Source: Deferrisomatales bacterium (GTDB lineage: Bacteria > Desulfobacterota > Deferrisomatia > Deferrisomatales > JACRMM01). Taken from it: a stretch of DNA of 45,604 nucleotides. Made by a program: the position numbers and the translations under genes. This document shows positions 28,476 through 38,565 of this stretch, in pieces (within the stretch, counting starts at the first letter, position 1; each line of letters opens with the position of its first letter). The notes under the pieces are model-generated. The model was given only the letters and a program-made list of their open reading frames with translations, had not been told where the DNA came from and did no database searches. Where the stretch lies: the NCBI GenBank assembly GCA_033551855.1, contig JAWSUI010000024.1:8458-54061 (forward strand), in the 5' to 3' direction.

Positions 28476-29692
28476 CCCAGCACCCCCACCTTCGGCACAT
28501 ACACGATCCACTTGCCCCCACTTGCGCGAAATCCCCCCTCCTTCTCCATGATTTCCTGCGCGTGGTTCCAGGCAAAAAGCAGCGCGTAGTCGGGGTAATT
28601 CTGCACGAACTCTTCGTATGGGCGGACCGGGATGTGTGTGCCGGGACTGAACTTGCCCTGCTTGATCGGCGTCGTGTCGCTGATGAAATCCACGAGGTCT
28701 GGCGTGATGTCGCAGTAGTTGGTAATCGTTGTGCTCTTCGAGGTCGCACCGTAGCCGACCACTCTCTTCCCTTGTGACTTCAGATCGACCAGCATGGCCC
28801 TGAGCTCGTCTCGGGACCGCTCGCAATTCCGGCGGAACCGGTCGTAAGTCTCTGGAAGGTGCAGCCCCAAGGTGCGCTCGCGTTCCCTCTGGGCGCCCAC
28901 GTTCGCTGAAACCGGGCGGGCCCCTCGCCGGGCGATGACGTAGCGCATCGAGCCACCGTGCGTCTCCTGCGGCTCCACGTCTACAACCTCCATGCCGTGC
29001 TGTTCGAACAGGGCGCTGACTGACGCCACAGAAAAGAGGAAGGTGTGCTCGTCGTAGATCTGGTCGTACGAGGTCTTCTCGATCACGTCGCCCAGGTAAG
29101 GGTCTTCGAAGAGAACCACCCCGGTCGGCTTGAGCAGGGTCCGGATTCCCTCGACGATCGAGTGGAGGTACGGGACGTGGCACATGACATTGGCCGCCAG
29201 AAAGGCGTCGGCTTGGCCCTTTTCCGAGATGATCCGGCGAGCAAGGTCGGCGTCGAAGAACGCAGAGACGGTGGCGATCCCCTTGTCGATGGCCACTTGC
29301 GCCACGTTCCGAGAGGGCTCGATCCCCACGTGACGGATGCCAGCAGCGGCGAAATGTTGGAGCATTATCCCGTCGTTGCTCCCCATCTCCACCACGAAGG
29401 GATCGTCTTCGGCTAGGTAATCCGCCGACACATGGTCCGCGAAGGCCTTGAAGTGCATTGCCATGTAGCGAGAAGTACCGGAAAAGAAGGCGTACTTCTC
29501 GTGAAACATCCGCTCACGCTCCGGCTGCTTCAGCAGTTGAACCATGCCGCACGCCGCGCAAAACCCCACCCGCATGGGAAAGCGGTATTCTTCCTCAAAC
29601 TGCTCTGGAAACAGAAACCCATTCCCCAGAGGCATGCTGCCAAAGTCGATGAAGGGCTCGACGCAGCCCATGCAGATCAGGCACTTCTTCAT
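28472..29692 (-). CDS. NDP-hexose C-methyltransferase (NovU/TylCIII-like, Zn-binding N-terminus)
   Basis: CLIC..MPLGN..CAAC, EMGSNDG, YDEH, HGGSMR, GYGATSK, LFAWNH. Confidence 0.92.
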   Translation of the reverse strand: MKKCLICMGCVEPFIDFGSMPLGNGFLFPEQFEEEYRFPMRVGFCAACGMVQLLKQPERERMFHEKYAFFSGTSRYMAMHFKAFADHVSADYLAEDDPFVVEMGSNDGIMLQHFAAAGIRHVGIEPSRNVAQVAIDKGIATVSAFFDADLARRIISEKGQADAFLAANVMCHVPYLHSIVEGIRTLLKPTGVVLFEDPYLGDVIEKTSYDQIYDEHTFLFSVASVSALFEQHGMEVVDVEPQETHGGSMRYVIARRGARPVSANVGAQRERERTLGLHLPETYDRFRRNCERSRDELRAMLVDLKSQGKRVVGYGATSKSTTITNYCDITPDLVDFISDTTPIKQGKFSPGTHIPVRPYEEFVQNYPDYALLFAWNHAQEIMEKEGGFRASGGKWIVYVPKVGVLG

Positions 29693-29904
29693 GCGGACTC
29701 TACTCTCCTTTCATCCATCTCGGGCCCAAACGCGCCGGGGGAGCCGCCGCTGTGGGGGCATCCGGTCGAGGTGCTTCGAGTCATGACATGCACGAGGAAA
29801 AACGGTCACAAAACGAAGCTGCGGCTCAACGAAACCTCCCGGAAGAAGCGGACATGAGTCACGGCATGAAACCGCCCCTCTCGAGCGCCACACATCGAGC
29901 CGGC

Positions 29905-31026
29905 TCAGGATGTCGCTCTTCGAAAAGACGTCAGTTTCCTTTCCCAGTGACGGAAGTTTTTTCTCAGGATCGTCTTCAAGAGATTGAGCCTGTCCTTCAC
30001 TGACGGGGAGGTGCCGAAGACCTTGCAACCAGAACAAATCGTTTTCACGTCGGCCCGGTGTCCTTCTGCGAAAAACCGCAAACGGGAGCTGACATATTTG
30101 TCGCCGAACCATATGTCTTCGAAAGAGTCCGTAAGCAGGTTACCGAACACGCTATTCTTGTCCCACGCTCCGCAACATGGTAACACCCTTCCGTCAACTG
30201 CTATCGCAAGGCTAGTGAAAATCTCGGTACAGATGCCTTCTAAAATAGGATATCGGACTTCTTCTTTGTATTGTCTACAGATGTAATCCTGGTTTCTGCC
30301 GAGCCAGTGAGCCTTCCTCTCCTCGATCGTCGTATCCAGCTCCACGTCCACGAGATTGTCCGACATGTCCAGAGGCCGCAGGTCGAGGCTGATCCTCAAG
30401 TCTCTCGCCATCTGCTGTGCCGTCGGGATCTCGTGCTCATTGAAACGATTCACCAGGAATTGCCAGACAATCTCCGGGTTTTTGCTGCGTACTCTCTCTT
30501 TAGCCGAAACCGTCTCCTTCAAATTAGAGAAGACGAGGTCGAAATCGCCCCCAACTCTGTATTCGGAGTAGGTTTGTGCAGAAGCACCGTCCATCGAGAC
30601 GATCAGCCGATCCAAACCGCAGGTCACGAGAGCCTCGAAGAACTCAGCGGGCCTCCGAAAGCTGAAATTCGTGCTGAGCACCACGTAAATGTTCTTGTCG
30701 GTAGCGCGCCGGATCATTTCGAAAATGTCCGGGTTCAAGAACGGTTCGCCTGCCCGGTGCAGATCGATCGCCTTGACGAACGGAACCTTGGACAGGATCC
30801 GGTCGAAGGTCTCCAGAGACATGACGGACGAATCATAGTTCAGCTTTCTCGCCCCCGTCGGGCATAACGGACAACGGAGCTGGCACACGTTGATCGGCTC
30901 GATGACAACAGTCTTCGGGTAGGGAAGCCACCAAGCCATCAACCGAGCCAGGATCAAGGCCTCGAGGTGCTTCGGGGAAGACAAGCCGGTCGTCATGATT
31001 CGTGGACTCCCCGCGCTGAGGCTCAC
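29905..31026 (-). CDS. Radical SAM/SPASM-type protein
   Basis: CQLRCPLC, GEPFLN, DGRVLPCC..FGNL..CSGC; start may be ATG 30996; visibly more AT-rich than neighbours. Confidence 0.9.
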   Translation of the reverse strand: MSLSAGSPRIMTTGLSSPKHLEALILARLMAWWLPYPKTVVIEPINVCQLRCPLCPTGARKLNYDSSVMSLETFDRILSKVPFVKAIDLHRAGEPFLNPDIFEMIRRATDKNIYVVLSTNFSFRRPAEFFEALVTCGLDRLIVSMDGASAQTYSEYRVGGDFDLVFSNLKETVSAKERVRSKNPEIVWQFLVNRFNEHEIPTAQQMARDLRISLDLRPLDMSDNLVDVELDTTIEERKAHWLGRNQDYICRQYKEEVRYPILEGICTEIFTSLAIAVDGRVLPCCGAWDKNSVFGNLLTDSFEDIWFGDKYVSSRLRFFAEGHRADVKTICSGCKVFGTSPSVKDRLNLLKTILRKNFRHWERKLTSFRRATS

Positions 31027-31027
31027 A

Positions 31028-32362
31028 CTACCAGACTTTCGGATACAGCATGGCCCGCGTCATCATGGTACCGGTGCGGCGCAGCGGCGGAAAGAGGAAG
31101 CAAGAACCGTGCGCAGCGAACCAGTAGGCGGCCAGGGAGGCGATCACGGCGCCCATCCCCCCGTACAAGGGGATCAGCCAATAGTTGAGGACGATGTTCA
31201 GGGCGCAGCCGAGGCTGACCGTCACGAGGTACAGTCGGGTCCAGTTCATCACCGTCAGGAACGAGCTCCGGGCGATCTCCAGGCTGCTGAAGAGATTTGC
31301 CCAGATGAGCACCGCGAGCATCAGGCCCCCCCGCGCGTAGGCTTCGCCGAACAGGGTCGGCACCAGCCACTGGGCGACGAGCGTCGTCGGCACGGCCACC
31401 GCGTAGGCGGCGAGGGCCACGAGGTTATAGAACTGCTGCAGCCTCTCGTAGAAGAGCTCCTCACCGATCCCCTTCGCCTCGACGATAGCCGGGTAAACCG
31501 ACCAGTAGACCGCCGTCGGGATGAAGTACCAGACCTCCGCCAGGCGCACCGCCACCGCGTAGATCCCGACCTCTTCGTTTCCCGACATATGACCGAGCAT
31601 GACCTGGTCGATCCGCAGATAGACCATGATGACCATGCCCGAGAGCATCAGCGGCCAGCTGTCCCGCAGGAGTCCAGCCCCCGCCTTCAGGCTTGCGCAC
31701 CACTCCCGCAGGCGGCTCCCCCGGCTCCGGTACGCGACGACCAGGCCCGCGGCACCGGCCGCCACCTCGAGCAGGGCGATCCAGGCGAAGGCAACGAGGG
31801 GCGCGCCCACCAGGATCAGGACGACCTTGCCCAGGGAGCAGGCCAGGAACGCACTTCCCTTGGCCAGGACCGAGTACTTGGCCTGGACCTGGGAATGGAA
31901 CCAGAACTCGATGACGTAGAACGCCTGGAAGATCGCACCGGCGGCGATGATCCCCACGAGCCAATGGCTCAGGCCGTCCTCCGGCCGCAGCACGAGGATC
32001 GCCCCCAGCGCGGCGGCGAAGCCGACCGTGCCGCCGAGCAGCCTCAGGGTGAACGCAGTGCCCAGGACCTCCGCCTTCCCGGCCGGCTCGCGAACGACGT
32101 CCCGCACGACGATGTCGTCGAGCCCCAAACTCCCGAACGCCGCGAAGAGAGCCACGAAGGCCAGCGCGTAGCTCAAGAGCCCGAACTGCTCCGGCCCCAG
32201 GTAGCGTGCGACCCAGATCCCGACGACCAGACCGACCGCCATGCGGAGGACGTGGTCCGCGAATTGCCAGCCGGTGTTGGTGACGACGTTCTGCAGGTAG
32301 GCGCGCCCCTCCACCTTCTCGCGGAGGAACCTCGGCAGATATCGGGTCCAAGATTGGTCCAT
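31028..32362 (-). CDS. wzx: Wzx-type polysaccharide flippase
   Basis: VARYLGPEQFG, RIDQVML, VGIYAVA, LIPLYGGMGAVIA; many TM segments. Confidence 0.92.
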   Translation of the reverse strand: MDQSWTRYLPRFLREKVEGRAYLQNVVTNTGWQFADHVLRMAVGLVVGIWVARYLGPEQFGLLSYALAFVALFAAFGSLGLDDIVVRDVVREPAGKAEVLGTAFTLRLLGGTVGFAAALGAILVLRPEDGLSHWLVGIIAAGAIFQAFYVIEFWFHSQVQAKYSVLAKGSAFLACSLGKVVLILVGAPLVAFAWIALLEVAAGAAGLVVAYRSRGSRLREWCASLKAGAGLLRDSWPLMLSGMVIMVYLRIDQVMLGHMSGNEEVGIYAVAVRLAEVWYFIPTAVYWSVYPAIVEAKGIGEELFYERLQQFYNLVALAAYAVAVPTTLVAQWLVPTLFGEAYARGGLMLAVLIWANLFSSLEIARSSFLTVMNWTRLYLVTVSLGCALNIVLNYWLIPLYGGMGAVIASLAAYWFAAHGSCFLFPPLRRTGTMMTRAMLYPKVW

Positions 32363-32373
32363 GGGGTCAGGGG

Positions 32374-33060
32374 TCAGGGATTGGGGGCTGGGGGTCGGGG
32401 GCTGGGTGGGGTGCGGGGACGCGGCTTCTCGGCGGAGCCCGACAGGACCTCCTCATAGCTGAGAGCCGGCGCGAGAATCCTGTCCTCCGGAACGCCCCTC
32501 TCGCTCAAAGCCCCTTTCAACTGCCCGGCACGGGGGAGGCAGGTGATCACGATCGGGGCGCCGGCGGCCGCGCGGACGCCCTCCTCCAGGGAGACCACCG
32601 GCTTGGCGAGGAACCGGCCGCCGAATTCCTCGTCCATCACCACGGCCAGGTCCAGGCCTGCCTCGCACAGGGAGAGGTAGGCGATCTCGGTCAGGTCGTC
32701 GACGCCGCAGAAGGCGACGCGGGCCACTCCGCGGGCCTGCAGGGCGCGGAAGGCGCCTAGGCTGTCCTGCCGCGTAATACGGTACAGCTTGTGGTAGTTC
32801 CCGAGGTGCCGGTAGGCCAGGCGGCTCTTCTCGGCGAAGCCCTTCGGGGTCAGTAGGTAGGCGTAGCGGTTGCGCGGGTAGGCCTTGACCTGCACGCACC
32901 CCTTCTTCACCAGCGTCTTCAGGTAGGAGTTGACGAGACCCAGGGCGATCCCCAGCCGCCCGGCGATCTCTCGCTGGGAAACCGGTTCGCCGTTCTCCAG
33001 CTCGGTCATCAGCAGGAGGGAGCGGAGGGAATCCGGGTCGTGGCCCCTCGTATCGTTCAT
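32374..33060 (-). CDS. Winged-helix regulator, MarR EPS-associated type, with C-terminal Rossmann-like domain
   Basis: SQREIAGRLGIALGLVNSYLK..KKG..YAYLLTPKGFAEKSRL; heads the glycan cluster. Confidence 0.88.
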   Translation of the reverse strand: MNDTRGHDPDSLRSLLLMTELENGEPVSQREIAGRLGIALGLVNSYLKTLVKKGCVQVKAYPRNRYAYLLTPKGFAEKSRLAYRHLGNYHKLYRITRQDSLGAFRALQARGVARVAFCGVDDLTEIAYLSLCEAGLDLAVVMDEEFGGRFLAKPVVSLEEGVRAAAGAPIVITCLPRAGQLKGALSERGVPEDRILAPALSYEEVLSGSAEKPRPRTPPSPRPPAPNP

Positions 33061-33138
33061 ACTGTGAACGATACTCCGGTCACACCCCACAGGGCAAGTG
33101 ATTACAGGTGCGTGGGAGATACTTATTCACACGGTGAA
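33050..33138. promoter_or_regulatory. Two TTCA-N5-TGAA operators: GTATCGTTCA-N5-TGAACGATAC over the start codon (33050-33074) and 33126-33138
   Basis: 10-bp perfect arms, and a second copy of the same core. Confidence 0.6.
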
Positions 33139-33381
33139 CGCCTCCCCGTGGCCGGGAGGGGAGTCGCCGGGGCACCATCAAGGAAGGAGCCCTTTGCCGG
33201 CAGAAAAACGCACACAAGCGGCATGTGCGCCAGAGCGGCGCTTGCGAAGTCTCAGAGGGAGCGCGACCATGACCATGATCCTGACCATGGCCCCCTAGAG
33301 GAGCACGCCGCTGAGACAGGAAAGTATCGATGATTGCGGGCACAAGCCCCCCCTGCAGCTGCCGGGAACGTGAATGCCGTG

Positions 33382-34824
33382 CTACGAGCCATCCTCCGTT
33401 GTCCGAAACTTGACATCGCCTTCACGCGGCACCACCAGCGCCGGCCGCCGACCGGTTACGGGCTCCTCCCGGCCGGCCACCTGAATATCCGCGAGATCGA
33501 TCCCCAGCCGGTAGGCGAGTCCTTCGGCGCGGAAGCCGAGAAACCTGTGCTCGTCCTCGACCACCACCACCAGGGGTGCGGCAAAGAGCTCGGGTCTCGC
33601 CTCCCGCACGGCCTCCAGCCGCACCAGCTGCCGTTCCGCCCAGCGGGCGCGGCCGATGTGCGACGGAGAATCGAGGAAGAAGTTCCCCAGCGTCGCGAGG
33701 GTCGAGGACAGAATGGCCAACAGAAGGACTTGCGGCACCCTCCGGCCGCCTTGCACCGCCAGACCGGCGGCGATCGCATAGGCCAGGAGCCCGATCGACG
33801 TGTAGTAGGGGTAACAATTGATACTCAGCGGGAAGTACGGAGCACAGCCGAGGACGTAGAAGGCAGCGAGTCCCGCGAGCTCCCTCCCCCTCAGGTGCTC
33901 GCGGGCTCCTCGAATCAGCAGAATTAGAGCGCCGGCCTGCAGGAGGAAGCTGGCCAGCCCCCACGCGGCGGCACCGAAAGACGGCCGGACGAAGAAGAAA
34001 AATCGCAGGGCCTCGAACGGCACGTTGAAGACGAAGAGGACCAGGGCAGCGGCGTTGCGTAGCAGATTCACACCATATTGGAACTCGTAGGCCGGGTCGG
34101 CAGGCAGAGTGAAGTGGCTCCGAAGCTGCAGCCAGATGAGAGCCGTGCCGACGCACAGCACACCGACCACCGCTGCGGCCGCCGAGGGACGATAACGGGG
34201 GCGCAGCCAGAGAGTGAGCAGGAGGCCGAGGGCGGGCAGGACGAAGGCGATGTCCCTGCTGAGGAGCGCAAGGACGAAGCAGACCACCGCCCCGACACCC
34301 GCCGCGGCGGCCCGGCGGCCCCAGGAGGTGGTGACTACCAACCAGAACCGCAGGGCCAGGGCGGAGAAAAGGACGCCGAGGGAAGCGTTCGCTGCCGAGG
34401 CCCACGCAGCCGGCAGGAAGTGCGCGGAATGAACGCCATACAGGAGCGCCGCGAGAAGTCCTGCCAAGCCCGCGTCGTGCTCCGGCACCCGCCGACTCAC
34501 GAAGGTGGAGACGAACCAGCCCACGGCCGCGGAGGCGGCGAGGAGCAGCAGAATGTTGGCGACGTGAGCCGCTCGGGCCGTGCCTCCCAAGGGGCCCTCG
34601 ACGAACCGCCAGTAGGTCCTCTCCCCCAGCGGCCTCCACCAGGGCACTTTGGCCTCGGGGAAGAACGCCGCATGCCATGGCTCGCCGGCCAATCGCGCCC
34701 GCTGTGCGTCGAGGAGGAAGTAGTAGTCGTCCTGCCAGAAGGGAACGTGCAGGGCCTGGGACCAGAACAGCGCCAGAAAGCCGCCAACGCAGAGAAACAG
34801 AAGAGGGCGGCGCAAGCCCTCCAT
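33382..34824 (-). CDS. GT-C-type polytopic membrane glycosyltransferase (GtrC/TMTC-core-like, no TPR)
   Basis: PFWQDD after TM1, WRPL, H..N..L, ALLYGVH..W; ~11-12 TM segments; follows gtrAB. Confidence 0.65.
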   Translation of the reverse strand: MEGLRRPLLFLCVGGFLALFWSQALHVPFWQDDYYFLLDAQRARLAGEPWHAAFFPEAKVPWWRPLGERTYWRFVEGPLGGTARAAHVANILLLLAASAAVGWFVSTFVSRRVPEHDAGLAGLLAALLYGVHSAHFLPAAWASAANASLGVLFSALALRFWLVVTTSWGRRAAAAGVGAVVCFVLALLSRDIAFVLPALGLLLTLWLRPRYRPSAAAAVVGVLCVGTALIWLQLRSHFTLPADPAYEFQYGVNLLRNAAALVLFVFNVPFEALRFFFFVRPSFGAAAWGLASFLLQAGALILLIRGAREHLRGRELAGLAAFYVLGCAPYFPLSINCYPYYTSIGLLAYAIAAGLAVQGGRRVPQVLLLAILSSTLATLGNFFLDSPSHIGRARWAERQLVRLEAVREARPELFAAPLVVVVEDEHRFLGFRAEGLAYRLGIDLADIQVAGREEPVTGRRPALVVPREGDVKFRTTEDGS

Positions 34825-35786
34825 CAGGCTTCACTTTCCTCTTGCTGCATGGCCGAAGGCAGGTACCGGTTCACCAGATACAGCGGCCTTTGCTTCGTCT
34901 CGTTGAACATCCGTCCCAGGTACTCCCCGATCATGCCGAGGCTCATGAGCTGGACGCCGCCGAGGAAGAGGATGACGACCATGAGGGAGGGGTAGCCCTG
35001 GACCGGGTCGCCGTAGACGAGGGTCTTGTAAATGACGAAGGCGGCGAAGAGAAATGCGCCGACAGAGGTCAAGAGACCCACGTAGGTGGCGATCTTCAGC
35101 GGAGCGATCGAGAACGAGGTGATCCCCTCCAGGGCGAAGTTCCACAGGCGCCAGTAGTTCCATTTGGTCTGGCCGGCGACGCGCGGGTCACGGCGGTAGT
35201 AGACGGCGACCTGGGGGTAGCCGATCCAGGCGAAGAGCCCCTTCATGAAGCGGTGCTGCTCGCGCAAGAGCTTCAGCGCTTCGACGGCCCGCCGGCTCAG
35301 CAGGCGGAAGTCTCCCGTGTCTTCCGGGATCCGGACGCGGCTGATGCCATGGATGGCCCGGTAGAAGAGCTTGGCCGTAGACTTCTTGAGAAAGGTCTCC
35401 CCCTCCCGCGCCGATCGGCGGGCGTAAACCACGTCGAAACCCTCCCGCCACCTGGTCACGAGCTCGGGGATCAGCTCGGGCGGGTCCTGCAGGTCGGCGT
35501 CGATCACCACCACCCCGTCTCCCCGGGCGTGGTCCAGCCCGGCGGTCAGCGCGATCTCCTTGCCGAAGTTCCGGCTCAGGTCGATGATGGCGACCCGCGG
35601 GTCGCCGAAACCGGTCATAACGCCCAGCGTGCCGTCGGTGCTGCCGTCGTTGACGTAGACGATCTCCCATTCGGCTCCCAGACGTTCCAACACCGCCGAG
35701 AGCCGCCGGTGGAGCTCGGGCAGGACCTCTTCCTCGTTGTATGCAGGGACGACGACCGAGAGAGTGAATTTCTCAGCGCCTGGCAA
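34824..35786 (-). CDS. gtrB: Bactoprenol-phosphate glycosyltransferase (GtrB/YfdH-like GT2)
   Basis: SRNFGKEIA, DADLQDPPE, GDFRLLSR, RFMKGLFAWIG, two C-terminal TMs, GEYLGR..KQRPLY. Confidence 0.9.
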   Translation of the reverse strand: MPGAEKFTLSVVVPAYNEEEVLPELHRRLSAVLERLGAEWEIVYVNDGSTDGTLGVMTGFGDPRVAIIDLSRNFGKEIALTAGLDHARGDGVVVIDADLQDPPELIPELVTRWREGFDVVYARRSAREGETFLKKSTAKLFYRAIHGISRVRIPEDTGDFRLLSRRAVEALKLLREQHRFMKGLFAWIGYPQVAVYYRRDPRVAGQTKWNYWRLWNFALEGITSFSIAPLKIATYVGLLTSVGAFLFAAFVIYKTLVYGDPVQGYPSLMVVILFLGGVQLMSLGMIGEYLGRMFNETKQRPLYLVNRYLPSAMQQEESEA

Positions 35787-36201
35787 CGGCGACCTCCTTG
35801 AACGTCCAGAACCGGTTGCAGAGAAAATTCCACACTAGAACGGCGGCCGTTGCCAGCATCTGGCTCAGCAAATAGTGGGCCCACCGAGTCGCCACGAACA
35901 TGATCACCGTATTCCACCCCAGGCCCGCCAGCGCCACCGTGAAGAATCGGACCAACGCCCCGCCATGGCGCTTTCTGCTGCGGAACGTGACGTGGTAGTT
36001 CAAGAGGTAGTTGACCAGCGCGCCGACCACGAAACCCGCCACCGAGGCGGGCACCGGATTCGTGCGGGCGGCCTGGACCAGCCCCACCAGGACGGCGAAG
36101 TGCACGGCTGTCCCCACGGTTCCGACAGCCGAGAACACCAGGAACTGCGCAAAGATCGGTCTCACGGGCACCCATTCGAAGAAGCGTTCAGGGCGCGGCA
36201 C
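35773..36201 (-). CDS. gtrA: GtrA-family flippase
   Basis: F..VG.VGT.V, NYLLN..VTF, WNF..NRFWTF; 4 TM. Confidence 0.9.
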   Translation of the reverse strand: MPRPERFFEWVPVRPIFAQFLVFSAVGTVGTAVHFAVLVGLVQAARTNPVPASVAGFVVGALVNYLLNYHVTFRSRKRHGGALVRFFTVALAGLGWNTVIMFVATRWAHYLLSQMLATAAVLVWNFLCNRFWTFKEVAVARR

Positions 36202-36228
36202 GCTGCGACAGGAGAGGGATCGCCGCCA

Positions 36229-38328
36229 TCAAGGCTCATCGCAGGGCCGGCTCAGAAACGACGCCAACCGGTCGGCCTGGCGTGGGTCGAGCTGCCGCAG
36301 GGCGCCGAGCTCACGGGTCGCCCCAGTACGGTCTCCCACGCAGTGCGCAGCCACCCCGAAGGCAAGGCGGGCGTCGGACCGATGAGCCAGGCGCGGCAGG
36401 TGCGGCGCCAGCGCGGCGGCGGCCTCCCGGAAACGCCCCACGTGGTTCAGCGCCTCTGCCAGCTCGACGAGGGCATTGTCGTAGTCCGGCTTGAGCGCCA
36501 CGGCCCGCTCCAGGGCCGCAACCGCCTCCGCACTGCGGCCTGCGAGCACATGGAGCCGTCCCAGGTTGTACCAGGCTCTCGCCTGTTCGGGACCGAGTCG
36601 GATCGCTTCGGAAAGCGCCGCAGCCGCCTCGTCCAGCCTGCCCACGTTGGTCAGGGCGGTACCGAGGTTGTTGAGCGCATCGGGGTTGTCGGGCTCGATC
36701 GCGACCGCACGGAAAAGGGCCGGTATCGCCTCCTGAAGCCGTCCCACCGAGGCCAGGGCCGCACCGAGGTTTGCGTACGATTCCACGTGTTCGGGGGCAA
36801 GGCGGACCGCCTCCGAGAGGGCGTCGATCGCCTCCTCCATCCGCCCCGCCTCCCCAAGGACCGCCCCGAGGTTGATATGGGCCCGGGCATTGCCGGGAGC
36901 CTTGGCCGCCGTGTCCTGCCAAAGGGCCACAGGATCTTGCCAGAGTCGGTTGCGCTGCCACGTGGCCACTCCCAGCGCCAGGACCGCAACGGCCGCCAGG
37001 GCCGTGAGGCCTCGGCAGAGGCTGGGGCGGTCGAGCTTCGCGACCAAGAGGGCCAATGCGGTGGACATAGCCGCGAAGGCCCCGAAGGACGGCAGGTAGA
37101 GGCGGTGCTCGAAGATCGGGTCGACGATGGGGATGACGCTCGATTCCACCGAGAGGGTGAGGAAGAACCAGAGGAGGCCGAAGGCAATGAGGCGGTTATC
37201 GGGGGTCAGGGGCCGGGGACTGGCGGGTCGAGATCGCCACCAGAGGAAAAGGGCGAGAAGAAGGAGAGCCGCCAGCAGCAGGAACGAGAGGAAGACCGGG
37301 GGAGTGAGGAAGGTCGTGTAGATCGGGTAGTCATAGTCCAGGTTCTGGTTGATGGGCAAGAAGAGGAGCCGGAGGTAGGTCACGATGACGCGGAACTGTG
37401 TGAAGAGATAGTGGGAGCGGGGGATGTCCGTCTGCACCCGGGCCGCCTCGCTCACGTCCGAGAGGATCTCTCCGGCCGACTCGCCGGCCGTGAGCACGCT
37501 CAGCGGCACGACGGGCAGCGTGGCCAGGATCGGCAGCAGCCAGAGCAGCCGCAGCTTCCATGGGCCGCGGAAGAAAAACACCTCGTACAGCATCACAGCC
37601 AGAGGCAGGGTGAACGCGATCTCCTTCGTCGTCATGGCCAGGACCGCGGAGAGCACCGACCCCGCCAGCCACAGCCACGGCCGCCCCATAGGGGCGACGC
37701 ATGCGTCGCCCGGCAATGCGCCGCCCCCACGCAAGCGCGCCTGGACGTACAACACGACCGAGAGCAGGTAGAAGAGCGTGCACAGGGAGGTCAGGCGCTG
37801 GACGACGTAGGTCACCGCCTGGGTCTGGACGGGGTGGGCGACGAAGAGGAGGGCGGCGAAGAGGGGCACGACCGTTCGAGGTTCGAACCGCCAAGACGCC
37901 AAGGACGCCAAGTTCGAGTCGAGGTTCGAGGTTTGAGATTCGAACTGGACCTTCTGACCCCCAGCCCCTGACCCCTGACCCCGGAAGTACGGGGTGCGGA
38001 AGATCAGGCGCAGGAGGGCGTAGACGAGGAGGGCCGAGACCAGATGGATCGCGAGGTTGACGGCGTGATAGCCCCGAACGTCGAAACCCCCGAGGTCGTA
38101 GTTGAGGGCGAAGGTCAGGTAGCCGACGAAGCGGCGAGGGTTGTAGTCATACCCCTCGCGGGTCCCCAGGAAGCGCTCCACCCCCCACACCAGGGGGTTC
38201 TCCGTGATCGACGGTTCGTCGTCGAAGACGAAGGGGACGTGAAAAGTGTTGGAATACGCGAGGGCCCCGACCACGACCACGAGGAGGGCCGCCAGAAGCG
38301 GCCGATAACGGGTAGGGGGATCCTTCAT
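36229..38328 (-). CDS. TMTC-like GT-C membrane glycosyltransferase with C-terminal TPRs, ~699 aa
   Basis: FVFDD..I..N, YHAVNLAIH, LFVAHPVQTQAV..R, KE, EHRLYLPS, RNRLW, then about 5-6 TPRs. Confidence 0.8.
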   Translation of the reverse strand: MKDPPTRYRPLLAALLVVVVGALAYSNTFHVPFVFDDEPSITENPLVWGVERFLGTREGYDYNPRRFVGYLTFALNYDLGGFDVRGYHAVNLAIHLVSALLVYALLRLIFRTPYFRGQGSGAGGQKVQFESQTSNLDSNLASLASWRFEPRTVVPLFAALLFVAHPVQTQAVTYVVQRLTSLCTLFYLLSVVLYVQARLRGGGALPGDACVAPMGRPWLWLAGSVLSAVLAMTTKEIAFTLPLAVMLYEVFFFRGPWKLRLLWLLPILATLPVVPLSVLTAGESAGEILSDVSEAARVQTDIPRSHYLFTQFRVIVTYLRLLFLPINQNLDYDYPIYTTFLTPPVFLSFLLLAALLLLALFLWWRSRPASPRPLTPDNRLIAFGLLWFFLTLSVESSVIPIVDPIFEHRLYLPSFGAFAAMSTALALLVAKLDRPSLCRGLTALAAVAVLALGVATWQRNRLWQDPVALWQDTAAKAPGNARAHINLGAVLGEAGRMEEAIDALSEAVRLAPEHVESYANLGAALASVGRLQEAIPALFRAVAIEPDNPDALNNLGTALTNVGRLDEAAAALSEAIRLGPEQARAWYNLGRLHVLAGRSAEAVAALERAVALKPDYDNALVELAEALNHVGRFREAAAALAPHLPRLAHRSDARLAFGVAAHCVGDRTGATRELGALRQLDPRQADRLASFLSRPCDEP
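37689..37711. repeat. REP inside the coding sequence (reads GDACVAP)
   Basis: TAGGGGCGACGCATGCGTCGCCC. Confidence 0.9.
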
Positions 38329-38565
38329 CGGCGAAAGCAGTCCGCCTCGGACGTGGAAGCTCGCCCCACCCTCATCGCAGCCTTCCCTCCCGAGGCTTCG
38401 CAATACGGTCGCCGTCCTTGACCGACGCCGGCACACCACCCGTTGTTTCCGTGGGGTCAAGACCGGCTGCAGGTTCCAGGGTCAAGGTTCCGCCTCCTGA
38501 GCACCGCCCATCGAAAGGCCCCCGCACCCCGGGTTTCGCCGCCGCGTGAACGCCGACCCATCCGG

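Noticed and set aside
33217..33236. Sigma54 promoter upstream of the MarR gene (minus strand TGGCGC-N5-CCGCT)
   Set aside because: GG-N10-GC spacing fits but the -12 box deviates from TTGC; too weak in GC-rich DNA
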